DNA of 64,000 nt from positions 45,942,001-46,006,000 of the forward strand of contig NC_043012.1 in assembly GCF_006345805.1 (NCBI RefSeq), given 5' to 3'. Shown one piece after another: positions 26,184-39,384 of the stretch. Origin of the DNA: Octopus sinensis (taxonomy: Eukaryota). The position numbers and the translations under genes were made by a program. Within the stretch, counting starts at the first letter, position 1; the number at the start of each line of letters is the position of its first letter. The notes beneath the pieces are model-generated. The model did not search any database. It saw nothing but the letters and a program-made list of their open reading frames with translations, and was not told the DNA's origin.

Positions 26184-27434
26184 TATTAAGTCACCTCATA
26201 AATAATGCAGCTTTTACTTTTATTTTCCAAAATTATGTTAAGCAAATTTGTTTTTTAATCTGAAACATACTCTCCTTCGCTTTCTACAATGCGCTGTCAT
26301 CTATTTGGTAGACTTGCAAGCCCCCCTCTTCTAAAATTCATGTCTCCGTGACGAAACATGCTCCTCCAGTACTGTTCTAAAGAAACCATACAGAATTCAT
26401 ATTCTTTCCGTACAAAGGATTTTGAAGACTGCAGAATAAATGATAATCAGATGGGGCAATATCCGGCGAATATGATGTGTAGGGCATCGTTTCCCATTCA
26501 AACTACGCCAGCTTTAGGAATGTCATCCTTGCTGTAGGTGGCCGAGCATCATCCTAATGGTCATTTTTCTTCTAGCGCTGACTTAATCTACTCAACCTGC
26601 TCGCAGTAGATCTCCTTTTATATTGTTTGGTTTGTGTTCCAAAGTTCAAAGTGGGTTAGACCTTTCATATCCCACCAAACAGATAACAACACCTTACGTG
26701 CGTGAAGACCTCCTTTAGCCTGGGATGCTGATGTATACCCATTCTCTATCCACTGTATTCGGCGTTTGACATTTTAATAAAGAAGCCATTTTTCGTCCGC
26801 AGTCTCTATTCCGTCCCAAAAATGTTCATTCGTGAGACGTGACAGCTAAGAAGAGCACACATTCACTCTGTATGCGATTAAACTCTGAAAGTTTATTAGA
26901 AACCCACTGACCCAATTTGCGAACTTTTCCCATGGCACGCAGGTGTCGATGAAAGGCTGAATTATCAAATCCATGATTCTCTGCTACTTCCTCAACAATT
27001 GCCAGAGGATTTTGTTCCATCAGGGTTGTCAGAACGTTCTGATTGAGCTCTATAGTTCATCCAAGACGAGGTTCATCTTCTAGGTTGTAGTTTCCGGTTC
27101 GGAATCTCTGGAACCATCGTTCACACTGGCTTACGCTTATTGCCCTATCCCCATACACTGAATTAATATTCTACGCACTTTCCGTTGCGTAGTTGCCTTT
27201 ATTGAACTCCTAAAGCAATATATCCCGAATATGCTCCTTTGTCACTCCCATTATAACTTTGAAAAAATATATGTTAGAATCGAGCTGCACTCATCAAACT
27301 TTCACTATGAATATGTACAAGGTATAATTACTACCTACTTTATAGCAAGTTCATGCATGTAGTTTATCGCATCCCATTCTGACTTTTAGTTCATGCAATT
27401 GAAACAACTGCATTATTTATGAGATGTCCCAATA
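26184..27434 (-). mobile_element. Full-length mariner (DD34D) fossil with both terminal inverted repeats, about 1.25 kb
   Basis: TIRs TATTAAGTCACCTCATAAATAATGCAG (26184) and CTGCATTATTTATGAGATGTCCCAATA (ends 27434); minus-strand RWFQRFRTGNYNLEDEPR, GKVRKLGQWVSNKL, DDARPPTAR, YSPDIAPSDYH. Confidence 0.88.
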
Positions 27435-28653
27435 GACAGGCAGATAGAAAAATATATAGATAGACAATGCATATGTACATACATACACATGCATACATAC
27501 ATACATACATACATACATACATACATACATACATACATTCATACATACCTACATACATACATATGAAGGTGATCGTTTCTGTCGTAAACACCAGATGAGG
27601 GACCCCTTACTTGATAGCGTTAATTTGATCTTGAGCGGAGCGTTGGTTCGTATACAAGGATGTTTAACACCGATGATTGGCCACCCAATGTGGCTTTATG
27701 CTTTCTACTGTGTAACACGAGCCCTGTTTTACTGTAGACAAATCATTTGATCAGGTATTTGTTGGTGTATCTGCATAAGGACCACATACACAGTTGATTA
27801 TGTTTTTATCTTCTCACTTGGAACGGTTTTATACTAATTAAACTCGCTGTTCTCTGTTCGTTTCGCTTTGCAGCTAGTTCTTCTTAATCATCAAGTTCAA
27901 TTTAGTGGATAGATCATTCAATACGCAATCATGCAAGCATACACTAGATTAATGCTTACAGCAATACTCGCTCAAACATTAGCAACCTTCTTTGCCGTTC
28001 AGTCTCTGTTGGACCTCTTACAGAAGTGGCGTGGGGCTACTCTAGTGAGCTTTCATTTTCAGTTCATACTGATACGCGCTGTCACCTAATCGGGAAAAAT
28101 ATCGCATATAGTCATTGGTTACAACGTATCCAGTAGAAAAAACTCAATTCCCATACGTCTCTCTTTCAAACAGGTTGTCAGCTACTGAGCTACTCTCACC
28201 ACTTACTTTAAAAAGAAATACTTTAAAAGGGAAAAACGTGAGAAAAAAAAGAAAAATTAATAATCTAATTTAACAATAGACAAAAACATGTGCCTTCTCG
28301 CACATAAACACAGTATTCACACATATACAAACATGCGCAGATGCAATTATTGAAGTACTAAATGGCACGACAAATGATATTTAATCGTGTGGAACATGTT
28401 ACATGCATATCAATATTCTAAAGTTGGACATACTATCCCTTATCCTAAAGCTGCTTCAGACAATTAGGACGGGTTCCCGACTCGTTGACACGTCTGCTTT
28501 CAATCTGGATTGTGATTCGGCTCAGCCCAAACTCTCTCAGATTTTGTCTGCTGTTGCCTACTCTACAAGGATTGCACCTGTTTTTTTGTCCTGATTTAAC
28601 CCCGATTTGTCCTACAGCCCATAGAAGATTGTTTTTTTAGTCAACCATCCATA

Positions 28654-29698
28654 ATGGTCGCTACCTACGCATCGAAACTGAGATCTGCAAGTAGGGCTTC
28701 TCATCAAGTCACCCTTGATTTCTTCCTGGAGACGTCCAAACCGAAGGAACAAAATCGAAGCGGCCAAAGAAGGCGAAGGAACCGGCGGTCGTTCCTGCAC
28801 ATGATCGTTCCTGTGCGGATTCTTCCTCCTCTGCCTTTTCGGTCCCGGAGGTTCCCCAACCTATTTGCGGGAGCGTAGACTCAAACCCACCTGAAGACCG
28901 TTGTTCTCCCCTAAAGAAGAAACGTAGTCAAAACTCCAGAGGGGCAGATTGGCTATGAAACCTGATCACGATAAAATCTGTTTGGATTCTCCTTCACTTG
29001 TCTTCCCATTAATGCCATTGCTCAACCAATTCTGAACGATCTCGATGTGAGTTCATCTGGGGAGTGGTGCTCCCCAAACCGAAGAAGAGGCAGTGCAGTT
29101 CCAAACCAGGCGGGAAAATTATGACCACTAAATCCATTCCGATCGACCCCACAGGCCGACATAAGTCCGATGGCTATGAAACCACCCTTTCGAAATCCTC
29201 CAATGAAGAATCGAATACCGCAGCTCATAGTAGAGAACTTTTTGCCCACTCAAGATCGGCAATAATATATGGCAAAGCTGAATCCACCTGTGATACAGGC
29301 ATAAACCGCCTAAAAGATGACATTAATTTTGTTTCCATTTTGGTTGGAGAATTGTTCTCTGTGAACGAAAATGTCAGTGTTCTTAAGGTCGCTCGGCTAG
29401 GAAGATTCCAAGCGAACCCAACCGCAGATACTAGACCACGCCCAATAAGGGTAATCTTTTCTTCTGATCGGGAGGCTTCAGTCTTTCTGAACAGAGCTCA
29501 GACGCATGCCTGGGAGGACCCCAATATGGGTTTTCGCGAGGAATACTCACTAAGAGAGAGAATTCGCCGGAGGACCTGATATCCGAGCTAAAGATGAGGA
29601 AACAAATGGGAGAGAAGGGTTTACGAATCCAAGATGGACAGATAATCAAGTCCTACCTCTGGTCCCATGCTGTAGTGCTGACAGGGAAAGTGATGTGA
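28654..29698 (+). pseudogene. CR1 ORF1 (frameshifted as assembled)
   Basis: SAIIYGKAES..DD..KVARLG..RPRPIRVIF..FREEYSLRER is typical of CR1/L2 ORF1; restoring one G at about 29572 continues as DLISELKMRKQMGEKGLRIQDGQII to TGA at 29698; start codon uncertain. Confidence 0.7.
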
Positions 29699-30697
29699 GG
29701 GCAAATCGAAGTGAAGTTGATACCCCCGTCAACGATGCTATCTCTGATGCCCTTTATTCTGCTTGTTCCCCAACTCCCGCCCCTCAGACTTCACAGCTCA
29801 GCATCGTCTACACCAACTCGTGCTCCTTATTCCCAAAGTTCAGTGAACTATTTACACTGGCCATACGTGACTCCCCTGATGTGATAGCTATCACCGAAAC
29901 TTGCTGACTCCAGCAGTAAAGGACTCAGAAATCCACCTGCAGGGCTACGTCCTTTTCAGATGTGACAGAGGAAAAAGGCGAGGTGGAGGTGTTGCTGTGT
30001 ATGTTAAGTCTGAGCACAACCGTCCTGCGGTATTCTACCCACAAATGCTCAACCTACAACCAAATTCGATGCCGTCTATTGCAAGCTGAGCCTATCTGAG
30101 TTTTGCCTGCCCGTGTTGGCTGTCTACAGGCCGCCTCTAGCCGACCCCCAGGACGATGCTCATCTACTCGAAGCGATAAGATTCGTTTCAGCTTCGCATG
30201 ACTGCTTGGTACTAGGCGACTTCAACGCTCCCACGATCGATTGGCCCGCATCAATTTGTACAACATCTTCCCGGTTCGGCCAGGCCCTTCTTGACGTGGC
30301 TGAAGATTGTTTTCTATCGCAACATGTTGAATATCCGACAAGGCATCGGTCTGGGCAGCAGCCATCTATGCTAGATCTGGTATTCTCCCGCTATCCAAGA
30401 TCAGTGTCAGACGTATCTGTGTGCGCCCCTCTTGCCAAGAGTGATCATGCGGTCCTGAAGTTCGTCATGCACACAACTTTTTCCACGCCCACGATTACTT
30501 CGCTGCCACGTAGAGTCTTCTCTGCAATTAATCTTGAAATTCTAACCGAGGCTTCCGCGCTTCTGGACTGGCGATCCCTGATGACGTTGTCCTCAGTTGA
30601 CGAACTATGGTCATCCCTCAAAGCATATGTAATCTGTTTGACTGACCAGGCAGTTCCCGTTGGGCTTCCAAGAGGAAGAAACACAAGCCCTGGGTGA
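29695..30697 (+). pseudogene. CR1 ORF2 apurinic endonuclease domain (three one-base deletions as assembled)
   Basis: VYTN, PDVIAITET(W)L, DR..RRGGGVAVYV, VYRPP, LGDFNAP, LDLVF, SDH motifs. Confidence 0.9.
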
Positions 30698-32580
30698 CGA
30701 AGAAGGTTAAACGAGAACGTCGACTCAGAGATATTGCTTGGGCTGAATTCAAAAATCTGGATTCGACTGCAGCTTTTGAGGTGTACAAAACTCAACGAGA
30801 CCGAGCCGTGAAAATTGAAAAGAAAGAACGCTTCAGTTATGAATACAAAATCGCGGCAAATGCCAGTAGCAATCCAAAAACCTTCTTTGCCCATGTCCAG
30901 CGGAATTCCCGCTTGAACAACCAGATTGCAACGTTGGTAGACTCAACAGGCGTATCGATTGAGGACCCTTATCAACAGAGTCAATTATTTGCCGAGGCTT
31001 TTTCAACTATTTTCAAACAAGATGATGGTCGTGAACCCCCTCCATTTGATAGATCGGTACCTCCAATGCTTCGATTGATCATCACGCGGGACGAAGTCAA
31101 ACGTGTTATTCAAGGCCTCGATGTCAACAAGGGTCACGGCCCTGACGGCATACACCCACGGGTTATCAAAGCGTTGGCTGCGGTCATCTGCGAGCCCTTA
31201 ACACGACTATTCAATATGTCATTGGCGACGGGTGTTATACCTGCAGACTGGAGAACAGCGATAATCTGCCCAATTTTCAGGAAAGGGAGCCGCGAAGACC
31301 CGCTTAACTACCGACCGGTTTCCCTTACATCAATAATCAGCAAGATGTTCGAAACCATCATTAAGAAACGTATGATGCTCCACTTCCTAAACACAGCCTC
31401 GATCACTGATTCCCAACACGGCTTCGTGCCGAAGAGATCATGCTTGACCAACTTACTAGTAATGGAAGAATTGGTGACGCGCATCCTCGATGATAGTGAT
31501 GCTGTTGACATCGTTTTATTGGACTTTGCCAAAGCTTTTGACTCGGTAAACCACCGCCTACTACTTGTCAAGCTTCAAGCATATATTTTCCATCCGGATA
31601 TTGTACGATGGGTTGGTGCCTTCCTCTCAGATCGCTCCTTCCAAGTTCAAGTTAATGGTTCGCGGTCCGACGTCTCCAGTGCGAGCAGTGGCGTGCCTCA
31701 AGGTTCAGTGCTTGGGCCCTTGTTGTTCTTAGTCTTCATAAATGACTTGCCCGACGACCTCACGCAACACACGCTTCTATTTGCCGACGATATCAAACTG
31801 GTCGCTCCTCGCGGTAGTATAGAGGATCTTCGTCGATGCCTCCACCAAATTTGGAAGTGGTCTAACGATTGGGACCTGTGTCTGAACGTGTCAAAGTGCT
31901 GTCATCTGCCTGTCGGCTCTACTCCTACAACTCAACTTGATTTCGAGCCGGGTTGTCTGCTGCTGGAGAGGACCGATCAGGTAAAGGACCTGGGTATCTT
32001 GGTGGATTCCTCCTTTTCGCCTTCGGCCCAGTGCGTCCATGCTGCCAACAAAGCGCGCGGAATTCTGTTTTTGATTCGACGGTCATTCGGAATGCTCACA
32101 GCAGCCATATTCCTGCCACTCTATGTCACGCTGGTGAGACCCATATTGGAGTATGGGATTCAAGCCTCTTCTCCTTATCTCCTCAAAGACATACAGCATC
32201 TCGAAAGAGTCCAGAGGCTGGCTACCTGCATGGTTCATGGTCTCAAAAATTTGTCCTACGAAGAAAGGCTGAGGACGCTCGACCTTTATTCTCTTGAAAA
32301 ACGCCGCCGCCGTGGTGATCTCATTCTCGCCCACAACATCATAAGCGGGAAGTGTAACCTCTCGAAAGAGCTGTTCTTCACTCCTGCTCCGGAGCGTCGG
32401 CTGCGGGGTCATTCCGAAAAGCTCTACCTGCGACGATTTCATCTCAATCGAAGGAGAGGAGCTTTCTCCGTCCGGGTTGCGGATCCGTGGAACAAGCTGC
32501 CAGACGAGATGGTGAAGATGCCGACGACCGCTTTGTTCAAAGCCTCCCTGGACCTCAAGTGGCCTGAACTCTTTACATGA
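30694..32580 (+). CDS. CR1 ORF2 reverse transcriptase domain, 628 aa uninterrupted
   Basis: GPDGIHP, NYRPVSLTS, QHGF..RSCLTNL, DFAKAFDSV, GVPQGSVLGPLLF, FADD, KDLGI, RPILEY, LERVQR, RRRGDLI. Confidence 0.95.
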   Translation: MTKKVKRERRLRDIAWAEFKNLDSTAAFEVYKTQRDRAVKIEKKERFSYEYKIAANASSNPKTFFAHVQRNSRLNNQIATLVDSTGVSIEDPYQQSQLFAEAFSTIFKQDDGREPPPFDRSVPPMLRLIITRDEVKRVIQGLDVNKGHGPDGIHPRVIKALAAVICEPLTRLFNMSLATGVIPADWRTAIICPIFRKGSREDPLNYRPVSLTSIISKMFETIIKKRMMLHFLNTASITDSQHGFVPKRSCLTNLLVMEELVTRILDDSDAVDIVLLDFAKAFDSVNHRLLLVKLQAYIFHPDIVRWVGAFLSDRSFQVQVNGSRSDVSSASSGVPQGSVLGPLLFLVFINDLPDDLTQHTLLFADDIKLVAPRGSIEDLRRCLHQIWKWSNDWDLCLNVSKCCHLPVGSTPTTQLDFEPGCLLLERTDQVKDLGILVDSSFSPSAQCVHAANKARGILFLIRRSFGMLTAAIFLPLYVTLVRPILEYGIQASSPYLLKDIQHLERVQRLATCMVHGLKNLSYEERLRTLDLYSLEKRRRRGDLILAHNIISGKCNLSKELFFTPAPERRLRGHSEKLYLRRFHLNRRRGAFSVRVADPWNKLPDEMVKMPTTALFKASLDLKWPELFT

Positions 32581-32644
32581 ACACCACCCTGTACTTAACT
32601 CCATGTCCCCCTACATGGCCTTGCTATTTGCTTTTGAGCCAAAT

Positions 32645-32684
<40 letters not shown>

Positions 32685-33032
32685 CACATTTGTATGCACT
32701 TACCAGTACCTGAAGTCGTTCACTATCTACATTAATACACTGTGACCACAATCCACCTTGGTTGGTAGCTCATGGATTGAGATTCGGCTGCCTTGTAGCA
32801 TTAATTCGTCAACTCTCTGGAGTTTTTAGTTTTCAACAGGCTGACTCATTATTAGATGTAGAGTAAAGATGTAATAAAATTAGAATAATGTTGTACAGTT
32901 ACAATCACCTCTCCTAAAAGAAATGTTGACACTTCCAGAATACAACTCGTATATCTAGTGTAGGAATGCTTATTTATATGTGTGTGTATATACATTTAGA
33001 CTAAAGTTTTGGGGATATAGTGCGACTGTCCT

Positions 33033-33068
33033 CTGATGAACGTACGTATGTACAAGAAACTATTAGTA
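33033..33068 (+). ncRNA. Hammerhead core remnant
   Basis: CTGATGA ... GTAC/GTAC ... GAAACT-att-AGTA; stem I does not pair. Confidence 0.3.
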
Positions 33069-33262
33069 GCGCGTTAAGTACATGTAGTTCAAGCGTTTAG
33101 CAGTATATATATAATTCTCTGTATGTGTTTCTGTGTGTTTTATTGGTACGTTTTTAATAAAATAATTTCACATGCAGTCATACTCTTTGAGTGTTTTCAT
33201 ATGAGTCACCAGAACCTGCTTCCCTAATGAGATAATCCTAGAGTGTATCAACACATACGAAC

Positions 33263-33295
<33 letters not shown>

Positions 33296-33809
33296 AACAC
33301 ACACACACAAACACACACACACACACACACACAACCACAAGCATGCACACAAGCATACGTGTGTATTTGTATGCATATATATACATATATGTATGTATTT
33401 GTGCGTGTGTGCGTGTGTGTGTGTACACATTTATAATTATATATAGAATATTGAGGGTTACTTGGAAAATGTATCAATTTGCATGCTAGAAACAGAAGCT
33501 AGTACTTTCTCCTTGTACCCATCGCTATAATTATATATTTCATATATATTATTATGACTATTTAAAAATATGATAAAATCTTTATAAGAATTCATCAAGT
33601 AATTAGCGTGAAAAACCTCATAAGAGAAAAATCCAACAATTCTTCCTCTTAAATATATTTATTCAGATTATATACAAGGCTACACTATACAGAAATGCCA
33701 CACGCTAGGAGGGACTCTTAAAGACAAAACTACCAAAATAAATAAACAGATCGTACCGAATGTGAGGGAAGGCAACTCTCGAAGCAAGCCACTTAAAAAC
33801 AGAATCCAG

Positions 33810-33868
33810 CCGCAAATCACATGATTTCATAATTAGTGAAGAAATGCACTTTTTAATCATCAGTGCAA
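33810..33868 (-). ncRNA. Type I hammerhead ribozyme (Penelope pseudo-LTR type)
   Basis: Minus strand: UUGCA CUGAUGA U-UAA..AGUG/CACU..UUA-U GAA AUCA-ug-UGAU U UGCGG; all three stems pair; AUU triplet. Confidence 0.7.
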
Positions 33869-34755
33869 GCATAATTCAAGATTCATAACGAATGAACAAA
33901 AATCAACATAATAGACGAACAGCCAATGTATCCAACGTAGCATATAGATATGTTCACACTGTATACATCGATGTAAATGGCGGGCTTACATTGTATCGAG
34001 ATGCAATTCGAAAAAGGCCGAATTATAATTATAATTATAATTATACTCATAATAATAAAAAATTATATATATATATATATATATATACATAATGCCTAAG
34101 TGTATATCTCTCTCATAACGTGCATGATGAATATACATTATTTGTTTCCACTACCGATCGATAGAAATGAGGTGCAACACGTCATCATAATTGGTGTTTA
34201 TAGAATAATTACGGTACGTTCTCAATACATAAGAATTTAGTTCATCTTTATAAATTAATCAGTAAGTATTATCGATTATTGATTAAAATTTATATTTACG
34301 TAATTTAATAGACCAAATATAGTGCGCTTTACAAAAGAAATATTGTATATTATAAGGGTATTATATTAGCTACAGATAGAAATCTTGGGCATTACGGCAT
34401 CACATTTGGTGTTTATATAAATAATTACAAAACATATACGATACATAATGATTAAGTTAAACTCTATAAATTAATTAATAATAATTATTAATTAGTTAAA
34501 TTTTTTTAACTAGAATTTTTATCATTAATATAAGGTAATAATGTTGAATATAGTATATGCATTATCAGAGATATAATCAATAATATTCAGATATGTATAA
34601 ATATAGAATAAGCGAATTATACTAGCAGAATGGATTCATAAAATTCTCCTAATAAATGAGTACATACTAATTTTAATCTAGTGTATTAATAGGTAAAATG
34701 ACACTAGTTTATCAATAAGTAAATATTGTAGGATATTATATGAATAATATATAAT

Positions 34756-35090
34756 ACTAGCATTAAAGACCCGTCGTTGCCGGGTCATAGTGCTAGTGCA
34801 TGTATATATGTGTACGTATTACATGTACATCTATATATATACATCTACACATAAAATACAAATTACAAAGTTATATCTTGATATTGCTAGTGATAACAAT
34901 ACTCAAAATATATAACAGACTGGAATTGTTAGCCCGTCTCTTGTAATTTCGATCAATTGTATCTTGTCCTCCCTCTTGTATAGAAGTGTGGCTACAATCC
35001 AGCCTACCTCTACTTTAGGGGGGTAAAATTTTTTCCGGGACGTCTTACGTCCCAGATATAAAGGTAAGAGTAAAATATTTCCACTTTGCA
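34756..35090 (+). mobile_element. Possible non-autonomous Helitron/Helentron-like fragment
   Basis: ACTAGC..GACCCG..GCCGGG start inserted in TA-rich DNA, similar start at 55500; family assignment from recalled motifs only. Confidence 0.35.
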
Positions 35091-35329
35091 AGTTCGATTA
35101 CTCCCTTGCACGCTCCGTTGACTTGAACCTTGCTCCTATTGTGGCGAATTTACCGCCTCTATTTAGATACCTTTCATAGTTGCACCAAGACACTTTTCGA
35201 AGGTGCTTTCCTCCATGTGTTCAAATCTTCTTTTTTCTCTACATTGTATACTTTATAGACAATAGTCTTTTCTTTAATTTAATTTTTTATTATCCATCTG
35301 GACTATTCTATTTCTGCACGCTAATTTTA

Positions 35330-35578
35330 TTGTGAAGGCTGGACAGGCTCCTCAATCAGCAGATCTCACCTGGGCTGATGACGGGTTAAGACCCAGAATA
35401 ATGCATATCCTCAGGCGTGAATCCTGGCTGGTGGAGGTGCTTACCTCTCCTTCACAAACATAAGGACACAGGGAAAAAATGTGTCAAAGCCGACAGGAAG
35501 CGGTCGATGCTTCCTAGGGCTAAACAGCGGTGGGGTAATTCCCATACGGGACTGTCACATTAAGTTGACGGTATACAA

Positions 35579-35582
<4 letters not shown>
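35330..35582 (+). ncRNA. Type I hammerhead (35369-35415) plus structured RNA domain (copy B)
   Basis: CCTGGG CTGATGA C GGGT-taag-ACCC A GAA TA-atgca-TA TC CTCAGG (one A short in GAAA); hairpins GAGGT/ACCTC, TCCTT/AAGGA, GACACA/TGTGTC, AGCC..AGGAAGC/GCTTCCT..GGCT. Confidence 0.65.
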
Positions 35583-35621
<39 letters not shown>

Positions 35622-35636
35622 TATATATATATATAT

Positions 35637-35665
35637 ATAATCATTATGTATCTATATTTGTATGC

Positions 35666-35698
<33 letters not shown>

Positions 35699-35722
35699 AA
35701 TCATTATGTATCTATATTTGTA

Positions 35723-35760
<38 letters not shown>

Positions 35761-35828
35761 CATTATGTATCTATATTTGTATGCATATATATATATATAC
35801 ATATATATGCATACAAATATAGATACAT
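35637..35828. repeat. Three copies of a 34-bp unit separated by (TA)n, plus an inverted partial copy
   Basis: ATAATCATTATGTATCTATATTTGTATGCAT x3, then ATGCATACAAATATAGATACAT. Confidence 0.85.
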
Positions 35829-36069
35829 ACATATCTTAATTATTTGTAAACAAGAATATTATTGGCAGTGACTTCAAATTTTCGCCCAGGTGACCCTTCT
35901 TCCAAATGGCCGAAATATTTAAATCAATGTGAACAAAATTCTTGTATAAGAATGATAAATTTGTACTTTACAAAAGTATAGAGGAACCTATCAGCAAAAT
36001 TGTTTATATTAACACAAAATATAAAAACGTTAACATACTTATATATGTGATGAAATATGTTTCTCTAAC

Positions 36070-36151
<82 letters not shown>

Positions 36152-36162
36152 GTATATATATA

Positions 36163-36200
<38 letters not shown>

Positions 36201-36266
36201 GTATATATATGTATGTATATATATATATATTATATATATATATATATATACATATGTATATATATG

Positions 36267-36364
<98 letters not shown>

Positions 36365-36369
36365 GTATG

Positions 36370-36403
<34 letters not shown>

Positions 36404-36468
36404 TATATACATATGTATATATATGTATGTATATATATATATATATTATATATATATATATACATATG

Positions 36469-36524
<56 letters not shown>

Positions 36525-36599
36525 AGATATATATATATATATGTATGTATATGTATATATAAGCTTTATTTATATAACAGCATTTATTATATATATTAT

Positions 36600-36632
<33 letters not shown>

Positions 36633-36660
36633 CACACACAAATGTATATATTTTTCTGTA
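36070..36660. repeat. Long interrupted (TA)n/(TATG)n array
   Basis: About 600 bp of TA repeats; source of the YIYI ORFs. Confidence 0.97.
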
Positions 36661-36831
36661 TATGTATATATCTATCTATACTATCTTCCTATTTATCTAT
36701 GTCAGCAAAAATTTAGATTCAGATAAATATAGTACTTAAGTTGAAGCACTAGAATTCAGTACGGTATTATCCATATAATTTCAAAGTAAGGTGATTAAAA
36801 TCAAAATAAGCAACAAGGATATCCAGAGGTA

Positions 36832-36920
36832 ATGCAGTACGATTGTTTGATGCAAATCTATTTAATTGAACAATGCAATCATTACATCAATATAAAATGC
36901 AGAGCAACCTTCAGCTGCAC
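36832..36920 (-). ncRNA. Hammerhead remnant in the left arm
   Basis: Stem I GUGCAG/CUGCAU intact; core mutated (CUGAAGG, CAAAC). Confidence 0.5.
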
Positions 36921-38624
36921 AGACGGACACATTAGTATAATTATACCTAAAATCATCTCCAAGAAGTTAAGGAGATAGTCAAAAAAATGTGTTATCTCAC
37001 TCCAGCATAGAAGTTACCAAGTTTTCAAGAAGATCTACATTTGTTACAGACTGCCTGTCACTGATTTTTTTTTGTTTTTATAGGGTCAGTTTTAATTTAT
37101 AGACTAGTTTATCAAATCCCATATCTATCTAAAGCTGAGCGAACAGAGGACAGTATCTGTTAGGGGTAGGGCTGAGGGAGCAGATAGACATCATAGCTGG
37201 TATAGCCATAAAAATCAAGATTTATTAGAAGCAATATCATTTGGTTTGGTAAAGGAAAACTTAAAACAAGATGTTAGCTGACAATTAAGGGTGTCGCCCA
37301 CTAGCAGACCATTGATAATGAAACATTATAAATCTTATCATGTAGAATTATAGTTAAATATTTTAAATATTGTTGCTATAATGTATACAGTTAAAGTTTA
37401 GGGTCATTCATAGGATTACTAAGAAGAATATAACTAAAATACAGAAATTTATGAAAACTTTTACCACAATAGAGAGAGGAAAAAAAATCCAGAAATAGTT
37501 TAATATTTATACATATTGTACACTTAAATACTAACTCATCAGAAGGTATCTGTGAATATTGATTAATTGGTAAATGCTGGCATTAATAAAGTAGTATTGA
37601 GACAAAGGAAAATGTTAATTGTATATTAATAAAATTATAATCCAAGCAGTTTTTTATGAATAGTGAATATACCAGTATAGTTTTATATAAGCTAAGTATG
37701 AATTTATAGAGATACAAAAATTAGATTAATTTTATAAATAAATAAAGGCTAATTATATAATAATAAAGAAATAAAATAAAATAATCAAGTAGGGCAGAAC
37801 ACCATAGAAAAGGAAATAAAATAGCTTAATTACTAATACTATGGTAAAGTGTATGTAGCTTATTAACACCAATAGAGATGATATTTAGAAAAAGTATAAT
37901 AATTCAAAATATATTAGACTAAGAATTATATATTTACTTATTTTGCTAATATCAATAAAAGACTGGTGACTGGTATCGGCTAAAGGAATACTTAAGTTAT
38001 GGAACAATCAAATTTTAAACTAATCTTTTTTTATAAAAAAAACTAATGGATATATTATAGGTTTAAGAAGTTATTATTGTTACTCCCTACATGATATTTA
38101 TACTTTCATAGTGGTACTTGTTTAGAACGGTTATTTATATAAAGGCCGTTATAAATACTAAGATCAGGAGGGAAGAGCCATTTAACAAACGGAAAAATCA
38201 AGTGATTTATAAAGATCATTTCAAACAATATTGTCTTATTGTATAAAGTTTAAATTTAGGGTAATCAAGAAGATTATTAACAATGAAATTTTAACAAAAA
38301 CACAAAAATTCTTTGAATATTTTCAGCATATACAAAATTTTTACCACAATAGAGGAAGGAAAAGAAAATTGCAAAGAAATAGTTTAATATTTATTTACTT
38401 ATTACTTACCTAAATATTAACTTATTGGATGGTTTCTATGGAGATTGATCAACTGGATCAACTGGATCTAACTGGAGCAACTGAGGTTGAAGAACATGTT
38501 AACTGTATACTAATTTAATAAAATTGAACTATTTTAAAGTTGTATAGATACCTGTATTACCTTAATATGCTGAGTACGAATTAATAGTGATACAAAGATT
38601 ATATTTATTTAAGGCTACTATAAA

Positions 38625-38627
38625 ATA

Positions 38628-38684
<57 letters not shown>

Positions 38685-38701
38685 TAATAATGATAATAAT
38701 G

Positions 38702-38745
<44 letters not shown>
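38625..38745. repeat. (TAA)n microsatellite
   Basis: About 38 units with a few TGA variants. Confidence 0.97.
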
Positions 38746-38746
<1 letters not shown>

Positions 38747-39384
38747 TGGTTAGTTAGGGTAGAGCATCAAAGAAAAGGAATAAAAGTAGACTAATCACTA
38801 AAAACCATTATAAAATATCCATACCTTATTAACTTCAATAGCAAGTAATTATAGAAAAAGTATAATAATTTAAGTATTATGAGCTAAAAATTGTTAATTA
38901 ACTTATTTAGCTTATTATAATCAGGACTGAAACCCGGTATTGGTTAAAAGAATAATAGTTGTTAAAAGGACATGCTAATTATATACTAATATTAATTAGT
39001 TAAAACATTTTGTTTTAAATTTTCCTTTACCAAACCAAATGATATTGCTTCTAATAAATCTTGATTTTTATGACTATACCAACCAGGATTTCTGTTTGCT
39101 CCCTCAGCCCTACCCCTAACAGATACTGCCTTCTGTTCTCTCAGTTTTAGATATACATGGGATTTGATAAACTAGTCTATGAATTAAAACTGACCCTATA
39201 AAAACAAAACAAATCTGTGACAGGCAGAGTTTGTAACAAATGTAGATATTCTTGAAAACTTGGTAACTTCTATGCTGGAGTGAGATAGCATGTTTTTTGT
39301 CTGTCTCCTTAACTTCTTGGAGATTTTAGATATAATTATACTAATGTTTCTATCTGTTCTAATTTAGTTAAATTTTATGTGTTT

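Larger units (their letters stand above)
28460..32683 (+). mobile_element. Near full-length CR1-clade LINE with (CTAA)n tail
   Basis: ORF1, APE endonuclease, RT and tail at 32643-32683; GC- and CpG-rich relative to the flanks; 5' boundary approximate. Confidence 0.92.

Noticed and set aside
29681-29698. Programmed -1 frameshift between CR1 ORF1 and ORF2 at GGGAAAG
   Set aside because: The heptamer is not in the required phase relative to the ORF1 frame
32830-32875. Possible micro-exon (TTTTCAACAG ... GTAAAG)
   Set aside because: Weak donor, no partner exons and no expression evidence
37300-39000. Nuclear mitochondrial insertion (very AT-rich, mtDNA-like look)
   Set aside because: I could not obtain a recognisable mitochondrial protein, rRNA or tRNA; the inverted arms and internal duplication explain it better. 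BLAST against cephalopod mtDNA would settle it
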